Origin: an uncultured Clostridia bacterium
GTDB lineage: Bacteria > Bacillota > Clostridia > Oscillospirales > Acutalibacteraceae
DNA length: 64,000 nt
Assembly: GCA_937916195.1 (NCBI GenBank)
Contig: CALFTO010000008.1
Span: 4,906-68,905, forward strand
Reading direction: 5' to 3'
Shown here piece after piece: positions 47,223 through 56,782 of the stretch (position 1 is the first letter of the stretch; every line of letters begins with the position of its first letter). The notes below the pieces were generated by a model. The model saw nothing but the letters and a program-made list of their open reading frames with translations, was not told where the DNA came from and did not search any database. Position numbers and translations under genes: made by a program.

Positions 47223-48238
47223 AAATATTAGTTACAGGCGGAGCAGGTTTTATCGGCTCTCACACTTGCGTTGAGCTTCTTAATGCAGGCTATGAAATTG
47301 TTGTGGTAGATAATCTCTACAACTCAAGCGAAAAATCTCTTGACAGAGTTCGCGAGCTTACAGGCAAGGATTTTGCATTTTATCCTTTCGATATTCGCGA
47401 CAAAGAGAATATGCGCAAGATTTTTGAAGACCATAAGATTGATGCTTGTATTCACTTTGCAGGACTTAAGGCGGTTGGAGAGAGTGTAAGAAAACCACTT
47501 GAATATTATGATAATAATATCGGCGGTACTCTTGCTCTTTGCGAGGTTATGCGCGAATATGGTTGTAAAAAGATAGTTTTCAGTTCTTCTGCAACCGTTT
47601 ACGGAAGCAGCAATATTTCACCTCTTAAAGAGGATATGAAAACAGGCGGAACAACAAATCCTTATGGCACAACAAAGTATATGATAGAAATTATTCTTGA
47701 TGACTTCCATAAGGGTGACAGCGAATGGGCAGTTACACTTCTTCGTTATTTCAACCCCATTGGTGCTCATAAGAGTGGCAGAATTGGTGAAAATCCTAAC
47801 GGAATTCCAAATAACCTTATGCCATATATTACACAGGTTGCAATCGGTAAATTGCCTTATCTTAATGTTTTTGGTGATGATTATGACACACATGACGGCA
47901 CAGGTGTAAGAGATTACATTCACGTTGTTGATTTGGCTTTAGGCCACGTTAAAGCTGTTGAAAAAATCCTTAAGGATGAGCCTGCAGTTAATGTTTATAA
48001 CCTTGGCACAGGCAACGGATACAGCGTTCTTGATATTGTTAAGGCATTTGAAAAGGCTTCAGGTCAAAAGATTGAATACAAAATTGTTGACCGTCGTCCC
48101 GGTGACCTTGATGTTTGCTATTCAGATGCATCAAAAGCTCTTAATGAGCTTGGCTGGAAGGCTGAACGTGACCTTCTTGAAATGTGCGAGGACTCTTGGC
48201 GCTGGCAGAGTGGAAATCCCAACGGATTTGATGACTAA
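47219..48238 (+). CDS. galE: UDP-glucose 4-epimerase
   Basis: [11 protein letters not shown] Rossmann motif, [17 protein letters not shown] (YxxxK). ATGA overlap with the upstream gene. Confidence 0.95.
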   Translation: MKILVTGGAGFIGSHTCVELLNAGYEIVVVDNLYNSSEKSLDRVRELTGKDFAFYPFDIRDKENMRKIFEDHKIDACIHFAGLKAVGESVRKPLEYYDNNIGGTLALCEVMREYGCKKIVFSSSATVYGSSNISPLKEDMKTGGTTNPYGTTKYMIEIILDDFHKGDSEWAVTLLRYFNPIGAHKSGRIGENPNGIPNNLMPYITQVAIGKLPYLNVFGDDYDTHDGTGVRDYIHVVDLALGHVKAVEKILKDEPAVNVYNLGTGNGYSVLDIVKAFEKASGQKIEYKIVDRRPGDLDVCYSDASKALNELGWKAERDLLEMCEDSWRWQSGNPNGFDD

Positions 48239-48275
48239 TATATATAATTAAATTTAAAAGTAAAGGGTGATTTAA

Positions 48276-48848
48276 GTGAAGAAAAAAGGTTTGTTAATTG
48301 CAATCGGTGCAGTTGTAGTTGTAATTGCTTTAGTTGTTGGCGGAATTGTTTCAACAAACAATAATTTAGTCGATATGCAAGAAGCAGTTGCTGAAAAAGA
48401 GGCGCAGGTTGAGAATTATCTTCAGCGTCGTGCTGATTTAATTCCCAATCTTGTAAGCACAGTAAAAGGCTATGCTGCTCATGAAGAAGAGGTTTATGCC
48501 GCTCTTGCAGATGCTCGTGCAAAGCTTAATTCTGCATCAAGTGCAGAAGAATACACCGAGGCAAATGAAAGCTTTGAATCTGCACTTTCAAGACTGTTGG
48601 TAGTTGTTGAAAATTATCCTGAGCTTAAAGCGAATGAAAACTTTATCTATCTTCAGGATGAACTTTCAGGCAGTGAAAGCAGAATTTCTACTGCTAGAAA
48701 AGATTACAACGAAGCAGTAGCAGAGTATAATAAAACTATAAAAAAATTCCCCACAGTTATTTTTGCTGGTATCTTAGGCTTTGAAGAGGCAGAATATTTT
48801 GAAGCTACTGACGATGCACAAAATGCACCTGTGGTAAGTTTTGAATAA
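48276..48848 (+). CDS. lemA: LemA family protein
   Basis: N-terminal TM, then QVENYLQRRADLIPNLV...YPELKANENF...ELSGSESRISTARKDYNEAV...FP. GTG start. Confidence 0.88.
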   Translation: MKKKGLLIAIGAVVVVIALVVGGIVSTNNNLVDMQEAVAEKEAQVENYLQRRADLIPNLVSTVKGYAAHEEEVYAALADARAKLNSASSAEEYTEANESFESALSRLLVVVENYPELKANENFIYLQDELSGSESRISTARKDYNEAVAEYNKTIKKFPTVIFAGILGFEEAEYFEATDDAQNAPVVSFE

Positions 48849-48856
48849 TTGAAAAT

Positions 48857-49639
48857 ATGAAGAAGATTAAAAGTACATTTATTATCACTTTGGTTTTGTC
48901 CTTGCTTTTGTCTTTTTCTGTATTTGCTATTGATTTGCCTGAGCCCACAAGTGATTTCTTTGTAAATGACTTTGCAAATGTTATTGATGAAGATGATGAA
49001 GAAGAGCTCATGGCTATCGGTGCAAGTCTCTATAAGCAGACAACAGCACAGGTGGTTATAGTGACTGTTGATTCCCTTGACGGCTATGAAGTGGGCGAGT
49101 ATGCTCTTGAACTCGGTCGCGAGTGGGGCGTTGGAAGTGAAGAAACTGACAATGGTGTAGTACTGCTTATGTCTGTAAGTGACCGTCAGGTTACAATACA
49201 GGTTGGCTATGGACTTGAAGGGTGTTTACCCGATGGCAAAACTGGCAGAATTCTTGACACATATGCTATTCCGTATTTAAGAAATGATGATTTTTCAACA
49301 GGGCTTACAGAGGCATATAAAGCAATTACAACTGCAGTTTGTGAAGAGTACGGCATTACACTGGATGTCGATTATAATGCTACTATATATTCTGGTATGG
49401 ATGCTGAAACTGAAGAGACGGTTGCTGTGGTCAGCTTTATTATTCTTTTTATTGCGGTTTTGATTTTGCTTATATGGATAAAAGTTTCGCCTAAAACAAT
49501 AGGCCCTGTAGTAAGAGGACCTTATAATCGTAATAGTAGTGGCGGCTTTTCAGGCGGTGGTTATTTTCGCGGAGGCGGAGGAGGCTTCCGTGGAGGTGGT
49601 GGCTCATTCGGCGGAGGCGGTTCTTCAAGAGGGTTTTAA
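48857..49639 (+). CDS. TPM-domain protein (YgcG-like) with TM and Gly/Arg-rich tail
   Basis: FVNDFANVIDEDDEEEL...QVVIVTVDSL...GVVLLMSVSDRQVTIQVGYGLEG. Tail GGFSGGGYFRGGGGGFRGGGGSFGGGGSSRGF. Typical lemA partner. Confidence 0.85.
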   Translation: MKKIKSTFIITLVLSLLLSFSVFAIDLPEPTSDFFVNDFANVIDEDDEEELMAIGASLYKQTTAQVVIVTVDSLDGYEVGEYALELGREWGVGSEETDNGVVLLMSVSDRQVTIQVGYGLEGCLPDGKTGRILDTYAIPYLRNDDFSTGLTEAYKAITTAVCEEYGITLDVDYNATIYSGMDAETEETVAVVSFIILFIAVLILLIWIKVSPKTIGPVVRGPYNRNSSGGFSGGGYFRGGGGGFRGGGGSFGGGGSSRGF

Positions 49640-49642
49640 TTT

Positions 49643-50236
49643 ATGCGAGTTTTCGATTTTGACAATACAATTTATGACGGCGAAAGCATAATGGATATTT
49701 TTCTTTATTTTTTAAAGAAAGATACCAAAACAATTCTCAAATTCGCACCAAAGTTCATCAAGGATTTTATTCGCTATAAGTTCGATAAAATTACTGTTGA
49801 TGAGGCTATGGCAAGCTACGGTAAAGCCTTTAAGGATTACTGCGAAAAAGCTGAAGATATTTATGGCGATTTTGAACGATTCTGGGATGAAAACCAACAT
49901 AAATTAAAACAGTTTTATTTCGATATTCAAGATGAAAATGATATTGTCGTGTCAGGTTGTCCGTATTGTCTTTTAAAGATTATTTGTGAGCGTATCGGAA
50001 TAAAACATTACATAGGCTCTGATATTGACCCGATTAAAGGGGAAATTAATAGAATATGTTATAAAGACAAGAAAATAGATGCATTTCGCGAGGTTTACGG
50101 CGATGTCGTTATTGATGATTTTTACACTGATTCAATGGCAGATAAGCCATTGATGGAAATTTCACGGAATGTGTTTATGGTCAAGGGTGATAAAATCACT
50201 CAAATAAAAAAAAACGGCACGCCCGTCAATATATAG
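49643..50236 (+). CDS. HAD-superfamily hydrolase (subfamily IB-like)
   Basis: Motif I VFDFDNTIY, VSGCP, late KID...YTDSMADKP. Confidence 0.7.
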   Translation: MRVFDFDNTIYDGESIMDIFLYFLKKDTKTILKFAPKFIKDFIRYKFDKITVDEAMASYGKAFKDYCEKAEDIYGDFERFWDENQHKLKQFYFDIQDENDIVVSGCPYCLLKIICERIGIKHYIGSDIDPIKGEINRICYKDKKIDAFREVYGDVVIDDFYTDSMADKPLMEISRNVFMVKGDKITQIKKNGTPVNI

Positions 50237-50245
50237 TTTAATATA

Positions 50246-50573
50246 AGAGTAGGTTGGGCAGTTGCGCAAGTTTTACTTGTGAGGAAAGTCCGAGCATCAC
50301 ACAGCAGGGTAACGGCTAACAGCCGCCGAGGGTGACCTTAGGGAAAGTGCATAGAAAATTACCGCCGTTTTTAACGGTAAGGGTGGAAAGGTGAGGTAAG
50401 AGCTCACCGGCGTTGCAGAGATGTAACGGCCGAGCAAACCCTACCCGATGCAACATCGACCGAAGTTGTCAGCTGGGCAGATACTTCGACGGATGGCTAG
50501 AGGCACATAGCAATATGTGTCACAGATAGATAATTGCCTTTAAAGACAGAACTCGGCTTACAGACCTACTCTT
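50246..50573 (+). ncRNA. rnpB: RNase P RNA (bacterial)
   Basis: P1 pairing AGAGTAGGT/ACCTACTCT, P4 strands GAGGAAAGTCCG and ACAGAACTCGGCTTACAG, GGTAAGGGTGGAAAGGTGAGGTAAGAGCTCACC core. Ends +/-5 nt. Confidence 0.93.
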
Positions 50574-50581
50574 ATTTTAAT

Positions 50582-50607
50582 AAAAGCCCTTCGGGGCTTT
50601 TTATTTT
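50582..50607 (+). terminator. rho-independent terminator after rnpB
   Basis: AAAAGCCC-TTCG-GGGCTTTT followed by a T-rich tract. Confidence 0.8.
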
Positions 50608-50651
50608 TAACACAAATTTCTGTTTACCGTATAATGTGTTGAGGTGATTTT

Positions 50652-50996
50652 ATGCTTGACGCATTTATAGGGTCCGTTTTTGTGGCACTAATTCTCATTG
50701 GAACAGTTGCAATTTGTTATCTTATTATGTTAAAATTATTGTTGCCAAAAACAAAAACAGATTATTACATATTTTTACCGCAGAATAAAAATTCAGTGGG
50801 TGTAAGAAGGCTCGCGTACGGCACAAGAATAAAGTTAAATCTTATGGGTGACGACCGCCACAGTAAGATTGTTGTTCTTGATTGTGGAATAACTCAGGAA
50901 GAAAGAGAAAATCTTTTGCCAATATGCAAAGAAAGTAACGGAATTTACCTTGTTCAAAAGGAATATATAAAGGATTATTTTGATGGAAGAATTTGA
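50652..50996 (+). CDS. hypothetical N-terminally anchored small protein
   Basis: 114-aa ORF with one TM (FIGSVFVALILIGTVAICYLIMLKLLL). The 3' end overlaps the recD2 start by 17 nt. No family recognised. Confidence 0.5.
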   Translation: MLDAFIGSVFVALILIGTVAICYLIMLKLLLPKTKTDYYIFLPQNKNSVGVRRLAYGTRIKLNLMGDDRHSKIVVLDCGITQEERENLLPICKESNGIYLVQKEYIKDYFDGRI

Positions 50997-53205
50997 AAGT
51001 AAGCTTAGAATTAAAGGTACAGTAACTGATATAACCTTTCGTAATGATGTGAACGGTTATACTGTTTTTGCTGTTGATAAAGGTGACGAAGAGCTCACGG
51101 TTGTCGGCACGGCTGCAGACATTAAAATCGGCGACCGTGTTGAAATTGTGGGTGATTATACATATCATTTGGTTTATGGAAGACAGTTCAAGGCTGAATT
51201 TTGCAATGCACTTCTGCCTGAAACTGTTGACGACCTTTACCGTTATCTTGCAAGCGGAGTAATTAAGGGAATAAGAGAATCCACCGCACGAAAAATTATT
51301 GATAAATTTGGGGAAAATGCTTTCGATATTTTACAGAATGAACCCCACAGACTTGCTGAAATTAAGGGTATTTCCAAGGAAAAAGCACTTAAAATGGGCA
51401 AAGAATATAACCGTCAGTTTTCTACACGTGCACTTATTATGAATTTGTCCCGCTATGGACTTAAAACAAGTGAATGTATTGTTGCTTTCGAAAAGCTTGG
51501 TAACGGCGCAGTTGAGCTTATTGAAGAAAATCCTTATCTTCTTTGTGAGGGTGACGGCAGAATTTCTTTTGAGCGTGCTGAGCAAATTGCTGAAATGTTA
51601 CCAAATAAACCAAAAGCTCAATACAGAATTGAAGCGGGAATAGTTTATGTAATCAGCCATAATTTCCGCAACGGTCATACCTGTGTACCGCTTGAAAAGA
51701 TTTACACACCATCGGGTGATTTGTTGAGTGAATCTCGTGATAACCTTGAAATCGCTGTGGATAGCCTTTTAGAAAAGAGAAAAATCGTTCTTGAAAAAAT
51801 AGGGGAGAGAGATTTTGTTTTTCTTCCCGAGGCTTATCATGCAGAAAAAGCAATTTCAAATCGTGTGAAAGTTTTACTCAAATACCCACCAGAAAATCCT
51901 ATTAATGTTGCAAAGTATATTGAAAAGTTAGAGAAAAATGATAATATTCAATATGCTGAAAAACAAAAAGAAGCAATTATAACTGCCGTAAATCGTGGTG
52001 TGCTTATTCTTACAGGTGGTCCGGGTACAGGCAAAACTACAACTCTCAACGGTATTATCAGTATGTTTGAAAAAGACCAGCTTGATATTGCTCTTTGTGC
52101 CCCGACAGGCAGAGCCGCACAACGCATGACCGAGGCAACGGGAAGAACTGCAACCACAATTCACCGACTTTTAGAGGTTGAGTGGGGAAATAGCGATAAG
52201 CCCATATTCAAAAGAAATCTTCGTAATCCTCTTGATTGTCAAGCGGTTATTGTTGACGAAATGTCAATGGTTGATATTTTTCTGTTTTCAAGCCTTTTAG
52301 ATGCACTTCCATTTGGTTGCCGTCTTGTAATGGTTGGTGACAGCGACCAGCTTCCGCCCGTAAGTGCTGGCAATGTGCTTAAAGATTTAATTGAAAGTGA
52401 ACTTTTGCCCGTTGTTCAGCTTAACGAGATTTTTCGTCAGTCATTAGAGAGTAATATTGTCCGCAATGCACACGCGATTGTTAACGGTGAAAAAATCGAA
52501 ACTGATTATAAAGATGGCGATTTCTATTTTATGCATCGTAATTTCCCACTTGATGCGGTACGCACAATTAAAGACCTTTATATTAAAAGATTGCCCGATG
52601 CTTATGGTTTTGACCCATTAAGTCAAATTCAGGTGCTTTGTCCGTCAAAGAAAGGTGACACGGGTACAATGAACCTCAATAAAGTTCTACAAGAGGCAAT
52701 TAATCCTGCGTCAAATGACAAAAATGAATATAACACAGGCTACCGACTTTTCAGAGTCGGTGATAAGGTTATGCAAACCCGTAATAATTATAATATTCAT
52801 TGGGAATCCTATGATGACGAGGGTGATGGTATTTTTAATGGTGATATCGGCTTTATTGAAATGATTGACCTGCGCCATGATGCCACAATAATCGACTTTG
52901 CGGGTAAGCGAGCAACATACTCAAGAGAACAATTGCAAGAAATTGAGCTTGCCTATGCTGTAACAGTACATAAAAGTCAGGGCAGTGAATTTGATGCAGT
53001 AATTATGCCTGTAATATCTGTAAATGACCGTTTGTGTTACAGGAACTTGCTTTATACTGCAGTTACCCGTGCTAAAAGACTTATGATTTTAGTTGGTACA
53101 ACGGGTTGTGTTAACAATATGATTGAAAATTGTAAAACACAGTTAAGATATTCTGCGTTAAAGCATTTTTTGCTTGACAATGGCGAAAAGAAGAGTATAA
53201 TGTAA
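50980..53205 (+). CDS. recD2: RecD2-type ATP-dependent DNA helicase (SF1B)
   Basis: LTGGPGTGKTT (Walker A), VIVDEMSMV, VGDSDQLPPV, AVTVHKSQGSEF, YTAVTRAK. Confidence 0.93.
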   Translation: MMEEFESKLRIKGTVTDITFRNDVNGYTVFAVDKGDEELTVVGTAADIKIGDRVEIVGDYTYHLVYGRQFKAEFCNALLPETVDDLYRYLASGVIKGIRESTARKIIDKFGENAFDILQNEPHRLAEIKGISKEKALKMGKEYNRQFSTRALIMNLSRYGLKTSECIVAFEKLGNGAVELIEENPYLLCEGDGRISFERAEQIAEMLPNKPKAQYRIEAGIVYVISHNFRNGHTCVPLEKIYTPSGDLLSESRDNLEIAVDSLLEKRKIVLEKIGERDFVFLPEAYHAEKAISNRVKVLLKYPPENPINVAKYIEKLEKNDNIQYAEKQKEAIITAVNRGVLILTGGPGTGKTTTLNGIISMFEKDQLDIALCAPTGRAAQRMTEATGRTATTIHRLLEVEWGNSDKPIFKRNLRNPLDCQAVIVDEMSMVDIFLFSSLLDALPFGCRLVMVGDSDQLPPVSAGNVLKDLIESELLPVVQLNEIFRQSLESNIVRNAHAIVNGEKIETDYKDGDFYFMHRNFPLDAVRTIKDLYIKRLPDAYGFDPLSQIQVLCPSKKGDTGTMNLNKVLQEAINPASNDKNEYNTGYRLFRVGDKVMQTRNNYNIHWESYDDEGDGIFNGDIGFIEMIDLRHDATIIDFAGKRATYSREQLQEIELAYAVTVHKSQGSEFDAVIMPVISVNDRLCYRNLLYTAVTRAKRLMILVGTTGCVNNMIENCKTQLRYSALKHFLLDNGEKKSIM
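53174..53201 (+). promoter_or_regulatory. sigma-A-type promoter inside the recD2 3' end, driving the TPP riboswitch and thiT
   Basis: -35 TTGACA (53174-53179), 16-bp spacer, -10 TATAAT (53196-53201). Confidence 0.5.
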
Positions 53206-53221
53206 TCAAGCCAAGTAAATA

Positions 53222-53315
53222 GTGCATGGGTGCTGACGGTTAAGTCGGCTGAGATTGAGGCTAATCTGCCTCTGACCATTGAACCTGATACGGATAATGC
53301 CGTCGTAGGAAAGCT
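53222..53315 (+). promoter_or_regulatory. TPP (THI-box) riboswitch aptamer
   Basis: GGGTGCTGACGG...GGCTGAGATTGAGG...CCTCTGACCATTGAACCTGATACGGATAATGCCGTCGTAGGAAAG. CUGAGA and ACCUGAU-N-GGAUAAUGCC-N-CG core elements are present. Confidence 0.9.
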
Positions 53316-53320
53316 TTTCA

Positions 53321-53358
53321 GTTCAGCCTTGCGGTATCTGCTATGGCTGAATTTTTTA
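53321..53358 (+). terminator. riboswitch expression-platform terminator
   Basis: GTTCAGCC (53321-53328) pairs with GGCTGAA(T) (53345-53352), then TTTTTTATT. Confidence 0.7.
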
Positions 53359-53377
53359 TTATTTGGAGGAAAATAAA

Positions 53378-54043
53378 ATGAAAAAGAAAAGTATGATTTG
53401 GCTCTATTGGCTTGTTGAAAGTGCAATAATGATTGCCTTGGCAGCAGTGTTGGAACTTGTGTCAAAGTCTATTATTCCCGAATTAACTTTCGGAGGGCAA
53501 ATCACAATCGTCAGTATGCTACCGGTTATTCTTGTAGCATGGAAGTATGGTATGGGTAAAGGTCTTATTACAGGCTTTGTATACTCGTTGGTACAAATGG
53601 TGATGGGTGTAAGCACTATCAGTAAAATGATTATGCCTTCATCCGACGAATATCTCGGCAGCTTGCTTAACATTGCTCTTATGTTTATCTTTGATTACAT
53701 ACTTGCATACACAGTTCTCGGACTTTCTGCTATGTATAAAAAGGTAATCAAAAAAGACGTAGTATCACTTGCTCTCGGTGCATTTACAGTTCTTGCACTT
53801 CGTTATATCTGCCATATTATTTCAGGCTACATTCTTTTTGGTGCGTGGGCTGAATGGTTCTTCTCACAAGAAGGCTTCTATTCTTGGGGTGAGACAATTC
53901 TCAACACCTTTAGCGGTAATGCATTGTCGCTTATATATTCAATTATTTATAACGGTTTCTATATGATTCCCGAAATAATAATCACAACAATTGTTGCTGT
54001 GATTATCGGTAAAATCCCACAGATTACAAAAATAAGAGCATAA
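53378..54043 (+). CDS. thiT: ECF-transporter S component for thiamine (ThiT-like)
   Basis: Six-TM profile, preceded by the TPP riboswitch. GGAGGA RBS before ATG 53378; the track ORF begins at 53363. Confidence 0.8.
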   Translation: MKKKSMIWLYWLVESAIMIALAAVLELVSKSIIPELTFGGQITIVSMLPVILVAWKYGMGKGLITGFVYSLVQMVMGVSTISKMIMPSSDEYLGSLLNIALMFIFDYILAYTVLGLSAMYKKVIKKDVVSLALGAFTVLALRYICHIISGYILFGAWAEWFFSQEGFYSWGETILNTFSGNALSLIYSIIYNGFYMIPEIIITTIVAVIIGKIPQITKIRA

Positions 54044-54047
54044 ATAT

Positions 54048-54075
54048 AACTCCCTTGCTGAATAGCAGGGGAGTT
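54048..54075. terminator. bidirectional hairpin between thiT and the HTH gene
   Basis: AACTCCCTTGCT-GAAT-AGCAGGGGAGTT (one G:U pair). Confidence 0.65.
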
Positions 54076-54292
54076 AATCTTTTTCTGAATACTCCATAAT
54101 GTCTTGAACATTACAATTTAATATTCGACAAAGGTCATCAATTGTAACAGTGCTTAAAGGTTTGTTGTGTTTTAGTCTATCAAGCAAGCTACGGCTGATA
54201 TTGTAATTTTTTATTAATTTATATGTTGTTAGATTACGTTCTTTAAGAGTTTTGTAAAAAGGTTCATATGAAATCAATGTTTTCCACCTCAT
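54074..54292 (-). CDS. XRE/Cro-type helix-turn-helix transcriptional regulator (72 aa)
   Basis: LKERNLTTYKLIKNYNISRSLLDRLKHNKPLSTVTIDDLCRILNCNVQDIMEY, a typical HTH_26/HTH_3 pattern. Confidence 0.8.
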   Translation of the reverse strand: MRWKTLISYEPFYKTLKERNLTTYKLIKNYNISRSLLDRLKHNKPLSTVTIDDLCRILNCNVQDIMEYSEKD

Positions 54293-54375
54293 TACAATGT
54301 TAGTTTATTATCAATAACTTGACAATTGTCTATAAAACGAGTATAATTGTTTTAAAATAATAAGGGGGATTAAAA

Positions 54376-55830
54376 ATGAAAAAAGTTTTTTCAGTTATAT
54401 TATCTGCAATTATGGTGATATTAGTTTTTCCAATATCTTCTTTCGCTGCAAAAAGTGGAGATTTTACATATTCAGTAATTTCCGAAAGCGAAAAAACCTG
54501 TAAAATTACTGTGTATCGTGGCGGAGAAACGGGTACTCTCGTAATTCCCGAATCAATAGATGGTTATACCGTAGTAGCTTTAGAGCGATATTCATTTATG
54601 ATGTGCAATTTTAGCGAGGTTGTAATCCCATCCGGTGTAAAATCTTTGGATAATGCATTTTACTATTGCAAAAATTTTGCAAGTTTTGTGGTTGCCGATG
54701 GTAATACGGAGTTTTCCGCTCAAAATGGTGTCCTTTTTAATGCCGACAAAACAACCTTGATTATGTATCCTGAAGCTAAAAAGGATGTATCATATACCGT
54801 TCCTGACGGAGTTAAATCTATCAAAAATAATGCATTTGAGAGTTCGCAGTTGACTTCTGTAGCTATTTCTGATGGCGTAACAACCGTTGGCTCTAGTGCC
54901 TTCAGGAATTGTAGTAAATTGGAATCTGTTACTATACCTGATAGTGTTGTTTTTATTGATAGTGCAGCATTTTATAATTGTAGTGAATTAAAAAGTATAA
55001 GACTTTCAAATAATTTGTCTGAAATTGGTGGTGCAGCTTTTTCCGGTTGTGAGGCCTTAACTGAGATTGAAATCCCGCAAAGTGTTACTTTTATTGGTAT
55101 GCAGGCATTTTATCATTGTGATTCATTAACAGAAATTGTCATCCCCGGAAGTGTTACTTCAATGGAACGTCAAATAGTAGGTAATTGCAAAAATCTTAAA
55201 AGTGTTATAATTGGTGATGGATTATCAGAAATAACATCTTACAGTTTTAGTGAGTGCCCTGCTCTTGAAAAAGTAATTATTCCCGAATCGGTAACAACTA
55301 TAGCAGATGATGTCTTTAAAAAGAGTGAGAAAGTAACAGTTTATGGTTATGATGGTTCTTATGCACAAACATTTGCTAACGAAAACGGCATTCCATTTAT
55401 AGCACTTAACGGTGAAAAGGAATTAACCAAAGAAAATAATATAGGCGATGTAATGATTAATACTGACACAATAACAATCGATGGCGATTCTGCTGAAAAT
55501 TATTTTGTAACAATTCCTGCCAATACAATAATTGATTGGGAAACAGAAGTAAAAAATCTTGTTTATAAAGTTGAATCCCATTTGGAATACGGCAGAATAC
55601 TTACGGTATCTGTTACGGGTAACAGCATTATGACCTGTTCACCTGAGCCAAACGTAAACCTAACACTTGCATATATATTGACAGGTGATACCAATTTTAC
55701 CGCCTCAAGCCCTGTTATATATCCCATAATTGATAAAACAATAACCGTAAACATAGCAAAAGAAGCGTGGACAAATGCACCTGTGGCAGAATATTCAGAT
55801 ATATTAACTTTTACCTCAACAATATCATAA
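54376..55830 (+). CDS. secreted BspA-type leucine-rich-repeat protein
   Basis: Signal peptide, then ~23-aa repeats (IPDSVVFIDSAAFYNCSELKSIRL / IPQSVTFIGMQAFYHCDSLTEIVI / IPESVTTIADDVF...) and a C-terminal beta-rich region. Confidence 0.85.
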   Translation: MKKVFSVILSAIMVILVFPISSFAAKSGDFTYSVISESEKTCKITVYRGGETGTLVIPESIDGYTVVALERYSFMMCNFSEVVIPSGVKSLDNAFYYCKNFASFVVADGNTEFSAQNGVLFNADKTTLIMYPEAKKDVSYTVPDGVKSIKNNAFESSQLTSVAISDGVTTVGSSAFRNCSKLESVTIPDSVVFIDSAAFYNCSELKSIRLSNNLSEIGGAAFSGCEALTEIEIPQSVTFIGMQAFYHCDSLTEIVIPGSVTSMERQIVGNCKNLKSVIIGDGLSEITSYSFSECPALEKVIIPESVTTIADDVFKKSEKVTVYGYDGSYAQTFANENGIPFIALNGEKELTKENNIGDVMINTDTITIDGDSAENYFVTIPANTIIDWETEVKNLVYKVESHLEYGRILTVSVTGNSIMTCSPEPNVNLTLAYILTGDTNFTASSPVIYPIIDKTITVNIAKEAWTNAPVAEYSDILTFTSTIS

Positions 55831-55846
55831 CAAAAATTTATAGCAA

Positions 55847-55870
55847 AAAAGAGGTAGTTTTCTACCTCTT
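55847..55870. terminator. bidirectional hairpin between the LRR gene and the kinase gene
   Basis: AAGAGGTAG-TTTT-CTACCTCTT, overlapping the stop codon of the minus-strand gene. Confidence 0.65.
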
Positions 55871-56782
55871 TAATTTATTTTTCTTAATTTGTTTAATTAA
55901 TCTTTTTGACCTGTAATATAGATAATCCATTGGGCAAAAGCCTAACTTTTTGTACCAATCAAGCTCATTGATGAGTGCATAGAGTTCAATTTTCAAATCA
56001 CAGTATTTACTTATATTTTTTCTTTTTCTATAGTTTTTATACAGTTTTAGATTTTTACCATATCCCACCGTGATGGCGAACAATTCATATTCAGGCTCAA
56101 CCCATGCAACATTATTTGGGTCAAAAACACCTGAAACCTCACATTTTTCAGGGTCAATTATCATATTGTTAACCCAAAAATCACCGTGAGATATACAGGG
56201 TGTCTTGCTGACATCCTTAAAAATCTCGTCAAAGTTGAGTTCAATAAGCTTCAAGGCATCAGTGACAATTTTCTTAATTTCTCCGTAATTGTATTTTTCT
56301 AAAGCAAAATCATATGTTGCTTTGAAAAAGTCCCAATAGAACTCTTGCCAATTATCATAAACTGCATTGTCATAAAATCCAAACTTATCATTGTGAATAT
56401 TCTGCATATTTTCAAAGCAGTCGATAATATTATCTGAAAGATGTTTTTTATCTTTTAAGTGGAGCATTTTTTTACTGCCACCATTGATACCTTCAAGAAA
56501 TTCCATTCCAAGAAAGCCTGTTTTCTCTTCATTTGCATAGAAATATGTGCAGGGGATTTTGAAGCTTACCTTTTCGCCGAGAAAATCAAGCATTTTCTTT
56601 TCTTCGCAAAGCAAATCGGTGTATTTTCCCGCTTTTACAACAATTTTGTATGGTTTATCAGTAATCTCAATCAAATATGCAGAGGCAGTTGCACCTTTAC
56701 CGATTTCAGTAACAGATTTTACTGCTGTATTCATTTCTCTTTCAACTAATTGCTGTATTCTATCAGTTGCTTCCATAATCAT
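55862..56782 (-). CDS. APH/choline-kinase-fold phosphotransferase family protein
   Basis: Brenner motif CISHGDFWVNNMIID, downstream VFDP. N-terminal IGKGATASAY...KIVVK ATP-binding lobe. Confidence 0.75.
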   Translation of the reverse strand: MIMEATDRIQQLVEREMNTAVKSVTEIGKGATASAYLIEITDKPYKIVVKAGKYTDLLCEEKKMLDFLGEKVSFKIPCTYFYANEEKTGFLGMEFLEGINGGSKKMLHLKDKKHLSDNIIDCFENMQNIHNDKFGFYDNAVYDNWQEFYWDFFKATYDFALEKYNYGEIKKIVTDALKLIELNFDEIFKDVSKTPCISHGDFWVNNMIIDPEKCEVSGVFDPNNVAWVEPEYELFAITVGYGKNLKLYKNYRKRKNISKYCDLKIELYALINELDWYKKLGFCPMDYLYYRSKRLIKQIKKNKLKR

